Assembly (NCBI GenBank): GCA_951406725.2
Contig: OX597829.1
Span: 15,438,001-15,502,000 of the forward strand
Direction of reading: 5' to 3'
Origin: Octopus vulgaris
Lineage: Eukaryota
DNA length: 64,000 nt
Shown: piece after piece, positions 1-13,360 of the stretch
Layout: each line of letters begins with the position of its first letter
Position numbering within the stretch: the first letter of the stretch is position 1
Position numbers and translations under genes: made by a program
The notes under the pieces: model-generated
Told to the model about the DNA's origin: nothing
Database searches by the model: none
What the model saw: the letters and a program-made list of their open reading frames with translations, nothing else

Positions 1-115
1 CATAATTATAGCATTGTTGTATAAGTTTACCGATAATGGTTCTTTTAACATGCCGAACTACTTGGTAAAATTATTAATTATTAATAAATTAATTTTCCCC
101 TTTATTATTATTGAT

Positions 116-148
<33 letters not shown>

Positions 149-229
149 TTACATATGTATGTATTTATGCGTGTATGTATATATGCATGTATATACAGCC
201 GTATACCTAGTCATGCTTATATATACTTA

Positions 230-445
230 AATGATAAACTTCTGGAAAGTTTTACAGATTTTTACAGTTCCAATGATGGTTTGGTTCTGTAGTCTTCGTA
301 TCAGCTTTTCTCCTTTCTGGTTTTCAGAAGTCTAATTTCTCAAGAATATCATTTAGGCAGTGTATTACATATCCCAAAGCCTCGATAATTACAGGTATAA
401 ACCTGACCTTGTAATCTGGATAGAGTAGCAGTAGATTTCTCAATA
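230..445 (-). mobile_element. R4/Dong-like LINE, extreme 3' fragment (REL C-terminus)
   Basis: Minus strand reads LRNLLLLYPDYKVRFIPVIIEALGYV..., then after a frameshift LQNQTIIGTVKICKTFQKF. This is a typical end of an REL-type ORF. Confidence 0.6.
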
Positions 446-770
446 TGCATGTATATGTGTATATATTTATGTATCAGTGTATGTATGTAGTTTTTACCTG
501 CGGGTATGTATATATATGTACGTATGTAAGTATGTGTGTGAATGTATGTATGTGTGCATGTATGTGTATGTAAGTGTACATGTACGCATGTTTATATTTG
601 TATATATGTGTTTGCGTATGTTTGTGTGCATGTTTGAATCTACGTATGTATGTACGTATGCATGCTTGTATGTATATGTGTATATGCATACACACAAGTG
701 TGTATGCATGTATATTTGCATGCATGTATGTATGTATGTATGTATGTATGTACGTATATGTAAGTATATT
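445..770. repeat. Degenerate (TATG)/(TG)/(TA) microsatellite
   Basis: Seen directly in the sequence. Confidence 0.95.
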
Positions 771-1660
771 TTCGTGGAGGTATCAAAAAGTTCCGGGACT
801 CGTTATGTTTAATTATTTGCCTAACTTTTAACATCATCTTCGAAATAGTCACCTTGCGCGGCCATACAACGTTTCCAGCGTTTCTTCCAGTTCTGGAATC
901 CGGGCTGGAAGTTGTATCCCGTACGCGTATGGAAAATCTTCTGCGATTCGTTCAGGATCTTGATAACGGTGTTAATTCAGTGCCCTTTGGGCGGCATTTT
1001 CATCTTGATAAAGAGGAGGTCCGTTGGTGCTCAATCTGGCGAATAAGGTGGATGCGGAAGCGATATCATGTTGTTGTTCTTGGCGAGGAACACACGAGTG
1101 AGGAGAGCTCGGTGTCAGGGCACACTGTCGTCATAAAGAAACCAATTCTTTGCGCTCCACAAATCCGATCGCTTTCGCCGAATGTCGTCTGTCAAATGCA
1201 TCAAAACGTCTCAGCAGTACTCTCAATTGATGGTCCGGCCCTGGGGGTCGAATTCTCGATGAACAATACCACATTTTCGGGGTTGACGCTCTTTGCAGTT
1301 CTTACAGATTGCTCATCGTTTTCCGCCTGTGAAGCGATCGTGCCACTCGAAACATGGCGTCCGACTCATTGCTTCGCCTTCGTAAGCTTGCTGAAGCACG
1401 CTCAATGTCTCAATAGCAGACTTCCCTAGTTTAACACCTTTCAAAATTTCAAATTGTCTCTTTACTCCAACTTCTTGTCCATGACAAAAAAATCGCAGGC
1501 TAAAACAAATATGTGATCAGAAAAACAAAATTTGTGAAGTAAACACTGCGTTGACACCAGGCACACTGCCTCTTGAAGATCACTGCTCGCTATCACTGCG
1601 CACGCATCCGTGTGATGCTTTATGTTGGCGTACAACAAAACGTTTTGCTACCACCTCGTA
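771..1660 (-). mobile_element. Mariner (Tc1/mariner) element, internally deleted, dead transposase
   Basis: Minus strand from ATG at about 1482 reads VKLGKSAIETLSVLQQAYEGEAMSRTPCFEWHDRF (N-terminal HTH). It later reads WFLYDDSVP*H...LPHPPYSPD*APTD (mariner YSPDLAP motif). Degenerate TIRs: TCGTGGAGGTATCAAAAAGTT (772-792) and AACGTTTTGCTACCACCTCGTA (1639-1660). Confidence 0.9.
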
Positions 1661-1857
1661 TATATTTATGCGTGTATACGTATATAAATATGTGTACGTG
1701 CGTGTGTATGTGTATGTCTGTGTGTGTGTATTCATATACGTATTTATGTTTGTGTATTTATATGTATGCATTTATATTTATGTTCTCTAATTCTTTGAAT
1801 TCTTCATCTGAGGAAGAAGCTGGTTTCTAACACAGACAAAAATTTGTTGTTGGAATG

Positions 1858-2466
1858 TACAAAGTACATTCCAGAAGTTATCAGACATTTTTAGGAAATC
1901 TTCAGGATTATTGTAATTTTAGTAAGTCATTCTAATAATCTGACATGACAATTTTTTTCTAATTCCAGATTGGAAGCGATAGCAATTTGAACACTCCCTC
2001 CTGAATACTGCTTCTCACAGCTATATAGCTTGTCGAAAGCAGTCGGGACGTGTAGAAAATTTGGAAGCCCGCTATGCAATAAATTTTAGTGTTGAAATGT
2101 GCAAAACGACACAGAAACTTATGAAATACCCCAGACGTCTCATTAATCGACTATTTCGCTGGCACAAGAGGTTCAAGTCCGGTAGAGAGGAGTCACAATT
2201 GGATGTTCCAATGTCTTTCTTCACCCCCAAACATCCGAGTTGACTGAGAAAATTTTCAGTTCTCTGGATGAAAACTGTCATGTATCTATAAAGACAATAA
2301 ACAGGTATAGAAGTGGCTGTGTGGTAAGTAGCTTGCTTACGAACCACATGCTTCCGGGTTCAGTCCCACTGCGTGGCACCTTGGGCAAGTATCTGCTACT
2401 ATAGCCTCGGGCTGACCAAAGCCTTCTGAGTGGATTTGGTAGACGGAAACTGAAAGAAGCCCGTCG

Positions 2467-2527
<61 letters not shown>

Positions 2528-3168
2528 CTGTGTTTGTACCCCCAACATTGCTTGACAACCGATGCTGGTGTGTTTACGTCCCCGTAACTTATCGGTTCGG
2601 CAAAATAGACCGATAGAATAAGTACTAGGCTTCCAAAGACTAAGCCCTGGGGTCGATTTCCTCGACTAAAAGGCGGTGCTTCAGCATGGCCGCAGTCAAA
2701 ATGACTGAAACAAGTAAAAGAGTAAAAAGAGAGTTTGCAGTTTGGAGCTGGTTTGACAACTGAGCACAGAATTATTCATAAAGTTCTGAACATGCGCAAA
2801 ATTTGTGCAAAGTTTGTTCTCGTTCCCATCCTGGTAACCAACTATATGACAGTGGTGGGCATCAAATATATCCCTCACTGTCCGTACAGTCCAGTCATTG
2901 CTCCCTGTGACCTTAGGTTGTTCCCCAAGCTAAAGGAGAACCTCGGAGGCAGTTGTGTTGAAGACATTGAGAAGATGAAGTAGGTTGTGAGAGGTGTCCG
3001 GGATACCTTCACTTCGGTGAAATGACAAGGGGCCTTAACAAAGTGGCTGGACCTCCACAACAAGTGCATTGAAGTCAGACGATCCTACTTTGAAAGACGA
3101 TATAGTTTTGTACTTCTTTTAAATTAATATCTCTTGAAAAAGTTTCAAAATTTCTGGAATGCATCTAG
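1858..3168 (+). mobile_element. Second mariner element, internally deleted and split by a SINE
   Basis: ORF 2061 reads EARYAINF...LFRWHKRFKSGREE. ORF 2735 reads HKVLNMRKICAKFV...HCPYSPVIAPCDLRLFPKLKENL, continuing to KWLDLHNKCIE...YFE. Shared TIR core CATTCCAGAA (~1867) / TTCTGGAATG (~3152). Confidence 0.85.
2303..2733 (+). mobile_element. SINE family A, full length (tRNA-like head, internal microsatellite, CR1-like tail)
   Basis: A-box GTGGCTGTGTGGT, B-box GGTTCAGTCCC, internal (TA)(TG)n and a 3' GGCCGCAGTCAAAATGACTGAAACAAGTAAAAGAG tail. About eight copies in the window. Confidence 0.9.
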
Positions 3169-3189
3169 ATAATAAAAAACAAATTCACA

Positions 3190-4190
3190 TTTTAAACTCG
3201 AGAAAAGGCACACATAATTTTACTGTGAAGCCTACAGATTGTATGTGTAACGTATTCGTTTCCGGCTGGTTTTTGCTTCTAATAACATAAGCTTATCCAG
3301 ATTGTAACTTAGGCATTTTATTATAAAACCAATTGCACCTATCATTATTATTATTGTTGCTATAAACGTGAATTTATAATCTATGTATTGGGGCCGGCGA
3401 TTTCGGAGCAGTTATTAATAGTTATTCTCTTTTCTTTTGATTTTCAAAGAAATATTCACATCATGATATCTATATCGGTACGTACTTTTTCTTGTGAGAT
3501 CCAAACAGCATCCGGCCTGTTATATCTACAACTTGACATCAATTTTGATGGGAATATTTACCTAATAACCCTTGCATTGATTTTTGCGTATGTATTAAAT
3601 AACAGCGGAGGGTTCTCTATATTTATTCTACAACAATTTTTTTTTCCAAATGGAATTTTACACAGTTTTTACCGCAGTGTCGTGTCGCATAGAGAGGTAG
3701 TGCCTTCATGATATCATGGAGCAGTTGCTGATCACATGCGCAATGTCTTCCACAGAAATATGGCACGATCTACATTTTCAGTTGCATCTTAGAAGCCCAA
3801 GGACTTTACTGTCCCTTTTCTTTATTGGGTATTTATGGGCAATTTCCTATTCTTGGATTGCAAGTGCATAGATTCGAAGTGTGATTTAATGGTCAAGAGT
3901 CCAAGAGAGACTGCACTTCATGTTGATGCTAATGTCTTCTTCAAGTCTTTCAAAATATACCCATACATAGTCTTCTTTTTTTTTTTCTCATCCCCGGTAT
4001 GCTAAGCATTTCTCAGCAAGATCTTCTTTCGCATATGCAAGTCCAGCTGTTTTGGGGTTGTATAGGAGGAAAAGAGTGCTTCCTGAAGAGCTTACTACTG
4101 ACACACAGGATGTTGTTCTCTTCGATTTTCTACACTGTTTATGTATTTATTTTTACTTCTGCTGTTTAGCAGGTGCTGTCTGAGAAATGT
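3190..4190 (-). mobile_element. R4/Dong-like LINE 3' fragment (zinc knuckle plus REL)
   Basis: Minus strand reads CRSCHISVEDIAHVISNCSMIS*RHYLSMRHD (CCHC knuckle plus RHD), then YNRPDAVW (RPD catalytic motif), then IIMIGAIG. Confidence 0.8.
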
Positions 4191-4361
4191 ATGTATATAT
4201 GCATGAACGTTTGTATGTATGTATATATATATATATATATATACACACGCACATACACACACATATATACATATATATATATATATACATGCATGGATAC
4301 ATACATACATAAGTACGTACGTATGTATATATACATGCGTGCAATATATATATACGCACAT

Positions 4362-4421
<60 letters not shown>

Positions 4422-4545
4422 GCATACAGACATACTACGTACGTACGTACGTATGTATGTATGTATGTATGTATGTATGTATGTATGTATGTATGTGTGT
4501 ATGTATGTATATATGCATGGGTGCATGTATATGTATTTATGTATG
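4190..4545. repeat. Compound (TA)n/(CA)n/(TATG)n microsatellite
   Basis: Seen directly in the sequence. Confidence 0.95.
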
Positions 4546-5299
4546 TCGTCCGAAAATTTAACTGAGATCCATATATTTTATCAAAGACTGAAATATATAT
4601 AAATAGAAAGTCGAATGTTTACAAAATGTCTGCTGTTTGAAAAGAAAGATAAAAATTTAGTAACTTAGCAACATTACTGACTTCTATCTTCACCCTCGAC
4701 ATAATCAATAGCTGTCTTAATTTGTAATATTTAATTTTTTTTTCATTCAAGTAATCGCAATGAAATTATGATCCTATCAATATAGTATGGGATAATATCT
4801 AATTATATAACTTTATTTTATTTTATCTATATGTTTGTGTATTATATATTTATATATATGTATTTCTTTCATTTATTTATTTGATAACATATGGAAGTAG
4901 CTATGACGAGCCACTTTGCTATGAGGTGAATAAAATACAAATGTTGAAAAGCTACAAAAGCTGCAATCATTTATTGAGAATGACTATTCTGAAATATAGA
5001 TTTATTAAGACATAATGTTGTTAAATGTTTAACCTTTGCTGTTTCTTGCAATACGTTTATATATTTAGAAATAATATGAATAGCATCTTAATTTTCAGCT
5101 GCTGTGTTAACAGTTTCAGCAGTAGTATCTCAGCTATTCATTCGATGTGTAGTACTATCTGTAAAAGTAGTGGAGATTTTTGAGGCAGTTTAAACCAGTA
5201 TTAGATGCAACATATTAGATATGTTGTAGTATGATGTTCACGCATTCTGTCACCGTTCGAATCTTATAAGGGTCTACTTTTATATTTCGTAATCTTTAT

Positions 5300-5557
5300 C
5301 TTTTTATTTTGTATTTGTTTCAGTCATCTGACTGCTGCTATGCTGGGTACCTTAAAGAATTAGTAGTCGAATGCATCGATGTCAGTACTTTTCTTTTAAG
5401 CCTGGTACATATTCTGTCGGTTCTTTTACCAAACTGCTAAGTCTTGGGTAAGTAAACAAACCAACAACGATTGTCGAGCGGTGGTGGAGGACAAACATAG
5501 TCGCAAAAATACATACACACACACACACATACACACAACACACACACACACACACAT
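5300..5557 (-). mobile_element. SINE A, diverged 3' half
   Basis: Reverse-complement match to 2520-2733 (TTGTTTCAGTCATCTGACTGC...GACAAACA). Confidence 0.75.
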
Positions 5558-5874
5558 ATAGTCTAATGATGATGAATAGAAAATCAGTTGTTCAGGGTTG
5601 CATCGAGCTGTGCCGATATAATGTAAGATAAATATAATAACAGTAACAATAATTCTTGGATTGAATTTATAACCATTTAATGCATCGCTACGCGCGTTTC
5701 CACAAATCGCACGTCTCTTGAGATCATAGTCCGTATTCCTGAGATGATTATAAGTACGTATGTATATAAGTAGGACGGGCTTCCTTCAGTTTCCTTCTAC
5801 TGACAAAGCTTTTGTTGGGCCGAAGCTTCTTACCATGCAACAGCGCCAAATTGAAGAAAAGAAAATAACGCTAA

Positions 5875-6219
5875 AGCCTAAGGCCGACCAAAGCCTTGTG
5901 AATAGATTTGGTAGGCGGAAACTGAAAGAAGCACATCATATGTATGTGAGTATATATGTGTGTGCGTATGTGTGTGTGGTATGTGTGTGTGTGTATTTAT
6001 GAGTGTGTGTGTCTTTGTGTCTATATTTGTCTCCCTCACCTCCATCGCTTGACAACCGATGATTATGTCCCCGAAACTTAGCGGTTCGACAAAAAGATGC
6101 CGATAGAATAAGTACTAGGCTTACAAAAGATAAGTCCTGGGATCGATTTCTTCGACTAAAGGTAGTGCTCTAGCATGGCCTCAGTCAATTGACTGAAATG
6201 TGTAAAAGAGTAGAAGAGA
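5875..6219 (+). mobile_element. SINE A, 5'-truncated; small inverted SINE A piece at 5772-5826
   Basis: GGCCGACCAAAGCCTTGTG...CAGTCAATTGACTGAAA matches 2410-2733. Confidence 0.85.
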
Positions 6220-6359
6220 TTAATGGAACTTAAATTTCAGCCGTACACATTTTTGATCTCTGTCTAATTAAGACTATTCTATAATCAACTTAGTGGGATC
6301 TTCCTTGCTTGCATGAGATATTGTTGTCACGTGGCTGAAACACTGTAAGGTTGTGAGGG

Positions 6360-6545
6360 AAACCTCTTGAGCTGCTAGAAATAGCACCCGAATATCCCTT
6401 AGAGTACACACTAGCGCCTAAAACAATACAGAGAGAATCGCGGAAATTGATATAAAAAATATATATCTGGAAATAAAGACATGATGGTTATGGCTAGATT
6501 GCTTTAAGTTTCAGCCCTAATTAGAAACTATATAACAAAGACAAG
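6360..6545. repeat. Old degenerate interspersed repeat (GCTAGAAATAGC core)
   Basis: Loosely similar segments occur at about 12870-12920, 15925-16090, 17490-17550 and 29720-29910. Similarity judged by eye only. Confidence 0.4.
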
Positions 6546-6639
6546 AAGAACAAAAGTAAAAGTAAAGAAGTGGAACAAATCAATGAGCGTTTTAAACAAT
6601 AGAAGTAGTACCACAAACACCAAAGGGACTATTTAAATA

Positions 6640-6836
6640 TGTGCGTATGTGTGTGTATAGCCGTTACGTGAGTATGTATGTATGTATGTATGTATGTATG
6701 TATGTATGTGTGTATGTGTATGTATGTATATATATGTATGTGTGTATGTGTGTGTATGCTTGTACATACATACATCTACGTATATACATACATATATGTA
6801 TGTACGTGCGTATGCTTGTACATACATGTATGTATG

Positions 6837-6894
<58 letters not shown>

Positions 6895-6900
6895 TATGGA
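6640..6900. repeat. (TATG)n/(TA)n microsatellite
   Basis: Seen directly in the sequence. Confidence 0.95.
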
Positions 6901-6949
6901 CGTGCGTATGCTTCTAGTTTGTCTTCTCTTTAATCAATAATACCTACTC

Positions 6950-7560
6950 CATGACTTACTAAATATAAATGCCCACAAGCTGATTGCATAAAAGAAGTTT
7001 GCAGCGCTCAAATTGGATTTTGGAAGCTAACAGACACCTAACCTTTTTAGAGATCTTGGAGAGTTCTAGGCAACGCTCGCTCCGTAGGAGTAGAATTAGG
7101 TCGTACGCTTTTCTATATTTGATCCACGTCACGCATAAATTTTCAGATCTTCCCTGTAAGTTCCCAAGGTCACCTGTTTAATCAATAACTACTCTTCTGT
7201 TCCTCTCTTCTTTTTTTGACAGATTTTCCGTTCCTCATATATTAGGTATTTCTCGTGTAGGTTTTGATAAATATGTCTCAAAGTTTATTCCAATTAGGAG
7301 CTCCTACGTAATTGATGCACGCGTAATTAATTGATAATTTGAGGCACGTTTCCTTACAATTTGTCTTATGCAGGTTCTTTCTTTTATTAGTCACAGCGGA
7401 CTTCCTTATTGAATATGTATTGTTAATTTTCACAGAGACTTGCAAACCATATCAACCAGGAACCATGGACAAGATCTGGTTCTGTTGTTTCTCATTTTTG
7501 TAATTTTAAAAATTACTGTTGTGTACTTGTCTTCCTTATGGTAACAATTTTCGCTGTAAT
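6950..7560 (-). mobile_element. R4/Dong-like LINE RT fragment
   Basis: Minus strand reads RGTEE*LLI...RRSENLCVTWIKYRKAYDLI...CLEL, compared with the consensus-like GTKDQLLIDK...NL.MAWIDY.KAYD. Confidence 0.65.
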
Positions 7561-7639
7561 TTTCGACTTGTTTTAATCAATGTGTTATATTATCGTGGTT
7601 GAAGGCACGTGGCTAAGTGGCTCAGGATATTCGGCTCAT

Positions 7640-9600
7640 TGCCAGCATTGCCACCGCCACAACCAGCTCAGAAATTAACAGAATGGAAACAGTCTCCGGA
7701 TCGTTTTAACTTCAAAACAAAATGGAAACGGCTTGCACAAGCTTGTTGTCGAATGGAGAAAGTTAACATGTTGGATAAGACATTTAGTGATGAATCTCAC
7801 ATACCAAAGAATGGTAGAATTATTTTTGTGAACACACCGAAAGAAATACATGAAGTGACAAAGAAGAAATACAATTATCTACAAGTGCAAGTCATTAACA
7901 ACAAGGTGAGTCGAGCGAGTGATGCAGTCTAGATTGAGTAATGCCGCAGATCGATTTACGGAATAAAAACCTATTTCACTCTTCTCAAGTGAAGGAGCCA
8001 AGGAAAATCCAACCACAATAAAATTGTAATAAAAGGCGAAGAATTACAATTAATTCCGATATGCTTCCGCCAGAGTGTATTGAAGGTAAAGTTGCAAAAA
8101 TACCACCAGAAGTAATCTCTATGCTTGTTGCATGGAAGATAAAACAAGAATTCTCCAAGTGCACAAACTGAGAAAAACAAAGCGCAATGGAAAGAACGCT
8201 GCTCGATGGACTCAAGTGGCAGAGCCATAACATGACAAGGAAGTCACAATTTTGTCTTTGGGTGGCCATACTGGACGCATTTTACTCGATGCCTAACGAG
8301 CGTATACGACGCTTTGCTCGACTGTTTAGGATAAATGGTGAACTAGAACACAGTTTGGGATTCAGCCTCCATCTCGACAGCCTGCTGCAACTCTCAGCAA
8401 GAGAGGTGAAGCATTGCGAGTTACCAGTAACAGCTACAGAAACAACGAGAAGCGATGATCGGCTGCATGATGGTGATGGGTCAATTCGCCCTGCTCACCA
8501 GTCTGCCGTACAAGCTTTACCAGGGTTATTTGGAGGCCGCTTAGCAAATATCTATTGCAGAACGGGGTCGTTTATTGTTCTGTGAATCGAGGAGCAGTGA
8601 CACTGCTAAGAAAGAACCCGAACGAGGAGGACCAGATAGAAAATTTTAGGTACATAACTGCAAAAACAGTTTAAATTTTTTTTTACCAAAGTGTTACCGA
8701 AGGGGTTGGTGCTTGTGGTCGAAAGATAGACGAAAAATATGCACTATCCCAAGCAGATCTATTCACAACGACTTGAACCTCATGTGATACATCATACAGA
8801 GCGTGGTTAAAGAACCTAGCATTAGTGGGGCCTTGATCAATTTCGATAAATTAAATACCTTCCATATGATTGGCCATCAATATATGGAAGCCGTTCTCAC
8901 GGCGGCCGGTTTCGGAATCGTCATCCGTGGTTGGATTGCTGAAATGCACAGCGACATCTGATCGGCATTTCAGGTTAATGGTTATCAATCGGAACCATTC
9001 AATATCATGCACTCGGTCCGTCAAGGTTGCCCCCTCTCGTCTTCTCTGTATATACAGACTCTAGAACCACTACTATAGAAATTGAGGGTGCAGTGGGACA
9101 TCCGGCTGAAACTAGGACATCAGAGGACCGTATCGGACATATGTAAATGACGTCACCATCATACTGTCGAGCTTATAGACCTAATCAGCACTGTTCAAAA
9201 AGAATATAAATCGATGTGAGGACCACACTGTAACCAAGTAAAGTCAGTAGGACTGCAGCCTTGAACATACAGAGACAGATTTATGCCATCCGATAATGTT
9301 GTGGTACGCTGGACGAGGGACTGGTTAAACTTCTCAGTTTCTAGTTTCGTTCAGATCTCCAAACGGAGAAGAGCTGGGAAGGGTGACAAACTGAATGGCC
9401 AATATCACCCAGAAATGGGCCGAAAGAGAACGATCCTTGAAAGTCTGAGCAAAGGTGGCGAATGCATGCATCACCTCCGTTATATTATACCGCCTGATTG
9501 TCGTACCTTGTCTCAGTCCACATGTGGCCAAACAGGAGCGCCTACTCTTTCGCTTTATCTAGAAGGCGCGTTTCACTGGTCAGGCACTCCATTCATTGTC
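7640..9600 (+). mobile_element. Tx1/L1-clade LINE, decayed (ORF1 remnant, APE and RT pieces)
   Basis: Reads CTIPSRSIHNDLNLM*YII...GALINFDK...AAGFG...VNG...SVRQGCPLS..LY..TLEPLL (RT motifs). ORF1-like VKLQKIPPEV. Homologous to 38035-38900. Confidence 0.85.
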
Positions 9601-9610
9601 AATATTCGTT

Positions 9611-9809
9611 TATTCTTTTATTTGTTTCGGACATTTCACTGCGGCCATGCAGGTGTACCGCCTTTAGTCGGGCAAATCGACCCCGGGACTTATTCTTTGT
9701 GAGACTAGTACTTATTCTATCGGTATCCTGTGCCGAACTGCTAAGTTATGGGAACGTAAACACACCAGCATCGGTTATCAAGCGGCGGCAGTGGAACAAA
9801 CACAGACAA

Positions 9810-9877
<68 letters not shown>

Positions 9878-10008
9878 GATGGGCTTCTTTCAGTTTCCGC
9901 CTTCCAAATCCACTCACGAGGCTTTGGTCGGTCCGAGGCTATAGTATAAGACACTTGCCCAAGCTGCCACACTGTGGCACTGAACCCGGAACCATATGGT
10001 TCGCAAGC
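9611..10008 (-). mobile_element. SINE A, near full length
   Basis: Reverse-complement match to 2303-2733. Confidence 0.9.
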
Positions 10009-10090
10009 ACATATCGTCAGTCACCAAGGGAAATGCTCAACTGGTTAAGGTCAAACAACTGACAAGCAAATCTGTGATATTGAGCAATTT
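10007..10090. mobile_element. Fragment of microsatellite-flanked element E
   Basis: GCACATATCGTCAGTCACCAAGGGAAATGCTCAACTGG...GACAAGCAAATCTGTG matches about 35210-35290. Confidence 0.8.
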
Positions 10091-11479
10091 ATCATTATTA
10101 TTATTAAGTTGGCGAACTAACAGAATAGTTCACAGGCGAAATGCGTAACAGTGTTTCGTCCGTCTTTACAATCTGAGTTCAAACTCCGCTGAGGTCTGTA
10201 TTACTGCATCACTAAACTCCTAAACTCACCGGTATCTTGGGGATGCGAGGCGATGATCGTTATTCTTATCGAAACTAGTTGCATTTTTTCTTTCTTTTTT
10301 TTTCTTTTGCATTTCAACACGTGGTGTTGGGATTTGTGAAAGGAGACAGAAGCAGGAAGAAAGTTCATAGCGCAACCACTACATGACCACCTTTAACAGC
10401 GTAACAAACTACCGACAACAATGCGACATTTGGTGGTAATGACGGCAACAATAACAACTAAAACAGTAGCTACGACACTGCAGCAACAACAAGAGTAACA
10501 AAAAAAAAAATGGGTGGCACTAGTAAGAGCCAAGTTATCACCACTACCAAAGCTGCAAAAAAAGTTAGCTGTGATGGCAACGACAACTGACGAAATAGTT
10601 AACTATGGCAATAAGCTACAAAGACGGCAGCGATGGAAACAGAAACAATAATAATGAAAGGCGATAAAAAAGCACTATATGCCAGCAGACAAAGCAGTAT
10701 TAAAGATGCTGCTACCATCAACACTAGATTAGCCGCCGTTAAATATGTGAACGTCTCTAAGACTGGGTCATTTGCAAACTTAACACGTGCTTCTAAAATA
10801 AGCTAGCGGTCGGATGAAATTATAACATAAGTGAGGAAACTGATAGAGAAAAAAAATTGAAAGATCTGTATATCTGCATGCACCTGAGTCGATTTGGCAA
10901 TAAAATTATATTTAAATGCATAAGCACGAAAAACAGTCATGTGAATCGATTAACTCAAGTTCAAATAGAAAAATAGCTGACGCCAATATGTGGCGTTAAA
11001 AGTGACATGGCATGAAGTAGAATGTTCAGCACGGTTAAAGTAAGGTTTACGAATGAAATGAAAGACAAAAGGGCGTGCCATGCATTCCATATTAATGGAA
11101 TGATAAACCAATATTACCACGACCGTTGAATTGCATATTTAGGTGTGCCTAGCCTCCCTTTAAGAATCAACATCTGCTGACTGGAGATATCCAGTTTAAC
11201 AGACAGCGAGCCCAAAAGGATTTTTCTCGAAGTCCACAAGCTGAAAAGGGAAACTGGGCCGATGTGAAGATAAAGCTTTCGATCGAAATAAATCAATTGT
11301 TAGGAAAACACCTGCTCCCGCCGATTTAATCGACCTACCTAATAGATGGACATTCAAACATCTTCATAAAACAGCTAAGTAGAAAAACACTGCTGCTGAC
11401 ACGGCCACATAAATCAATGAAAGCAAAAACAATAAAATAATTCACAAAACCTCCTTTTCCTTCCTTTTCACTTTTCAGC

Positions 11480-12650
11480 CATGTCGTCCAACAAGGGTGA
11501 AACGAATCATCGACAAGCAGAAAACAAAAGAAATTTACAGATGAATAGCCAGCAAACCAAAGAAAGTCAGGATGTTCGAAAGGAAATGGATGCCACCAAC
11601 CAACTATACAAACCTATTCCCATTATATCTTACAGCACAGATATAACTACAAATAGAAAAGTACGAATAGTAAACATTAAAGCATGACAGCCATAATCAA
11701 AGGCAGTAATATAACAAACCTTTTACAAAGCAATTCCGCATCGTACCATCCAAGAAAATCATCTTATAAACTATTTAATGCAGCTTCCCAAAGATGTGGT
11801 GCATTTCCTAAGTGCAGAAAAATAAAATACCGTACAAAGTGTAGCTTGGGGATAAATCCACAACTAGCCAAAAGAAAGTCGGTCATCCATTGTATGAAAG
11901 GAAATATATTCGTGGTTTCTCCCACATTCAACATACCGACCAGTATGGCATGAAGAGTAAGTAGAATAAATGTATGGAGCTTGAGATCACCTAAAATCAC
12001 TGGATATTGATGAAGTAACCATCAGCGGGACCAATATTTCTGGAACGCTGACTTTACACCTACAGCAACAGTATGTCGTACATATCCCTCAGTCAGCTTA
12101 GACTGGGAGTTGGAGTGGCAGCGTAGTTCGAAAAGCTCTATATCTCAATCTACAAACCGTATACCTCAACTCTAATGCTAAGCCAACGGTGTTGCATGCG
12201 ATCAGGAGAGAATTCCAAATATTCAATGATCGAGTATATTCTGACAGAAACAGGATTGCTGGATTTCTTCAGGTTCCCAGTAATTTTCTTTAGAAGGTCC
12301 CTCTGTATTGTTAATGAGAATAGAGTGGTATTTTAGACATATACTGGTATCATATAGAGGTAGCTGATAAAATGTCGGGGTGCAAAAGCCTAAAAGATTT
12401 GCTCAGACGTTTACAATTCTATAAAACAGAAAGCGACAGGACTTCTCGAATATGTTGATGTGAACATGAACTAGACACCAGTGGGTCATACAGATCGTAT
12501 CGGAATAAGGCAATTTTTAAGGTAATAGGCAGATATAGCGTAGTGTGGGCATGATTTAAAGTAGCATGCTCCATAAACCAAAAATGTTTAATCAGAACAG
12601 TCAGTAAAATAATACCCACTCACCCAGAGACATGCTTCAGACTTTGGTCC
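11480..12650 (+). mobile_element. Highly decayed Tx1/L1-like ORF1-APE fragment; inverted piece at about 11110-11300
   Basis: Weak APE-like residues (GLLDFFR, SGILD, KDLLRRLQF). Minus 11114-11296 (KGRLGTP) resembles the post-RT segment at about 38830-38890 (SGKLGMP). Confidence 0.45.
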
Positions 12651-12931
12651 TCAGGCACGCTGTCTTATTTCTCTAACTCTTCTATCAGTACTGTAATGGT
12701 CTTTATTTCTCGGAGCTGTCTTTCTCATAGTCTTATTCAATTTGTTTAGCTTCTACTCATCTCTGATGCATAAATTGTATGATCAAAACTGTTCTATGTA
12801 TTTTTCAAATACACTGTATGTAAGTTCGAATTGTACGTGTTCTCCAGTTGCTTAAATTGAGGCAGCATGATCGATTTGATAGAAATGTAGCTATTATTTC
12901 TATCAGGTCCATCTCGCACATTGAATTTCCA

Positions 12932-13360
12932 GGATCATTTCGGTTTGAACGGCAGTTTTTTTCTAGCGGTGTCATATGAAATTGTCACCCATAATTATGA
13001 CCCTAGTATCGATCTATTGCATTTCAATCTGTTTTAGGGTTAGGGTTAGAGTTAGGGTTAGGGGTGGGGGAAATATATCTTTTTTTCTTCACAAATATAA
13101 ATAAACCCAATCTGTTTCTTAAACGAGGGACATATTCATACGGCACAGAATGTTGTTTACCTCAATAGACATCAGGGATTGGTCGAAATTGCAGAAATTG
13201 AAGAAAAATAACAACAAATATCTTACAAACTATTGAATTTTCTCAATAAAGCCAAGAGAAAAAGATGTTTTATAAACACATTCTACCAGTATACGAAGTT
13301 GAAATTTTTTTAGTTACCTAGAAATTATGTTAAAAACTGCCGTTCAAACCGAAAAGATCC
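12932..13360. mobile_element. MITE with about 29-bp TIRs, 8-bp TSD and internal TTAGGG repeats (Merlin-like), copy 1
   Basis: TIRs GGATCATTTCGGTTTGAACGGCAGTTTTT and AAAAACTGCCGTTCAAACCGAAAAGATCC. Perfect TSD AATTTCCA at 12924-12931 and 13361-13368. Second copy at 27026. Confidence 0.92.

Noticed and set aside
854-1429. 191-aa plus-strand ORF
   Set aside because: It is the antisense shadow of the minus-strand mariner transposase.
1851-1873. 10-bp hairpin TGGAATGTAC-AAA-GTACATTCCA; also the palindrome AACTGTTCGAACAGTT at 18679-18694
   Set aside because: Both are short and isolated. The first overlaps a mariner end and neither has supporting context.
13030-13070. Telomere or chromosome fusion site
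   Set aside because: Only a few TTAGGG units, internal to a TIR/TSD-bounded MITE that is present twice.
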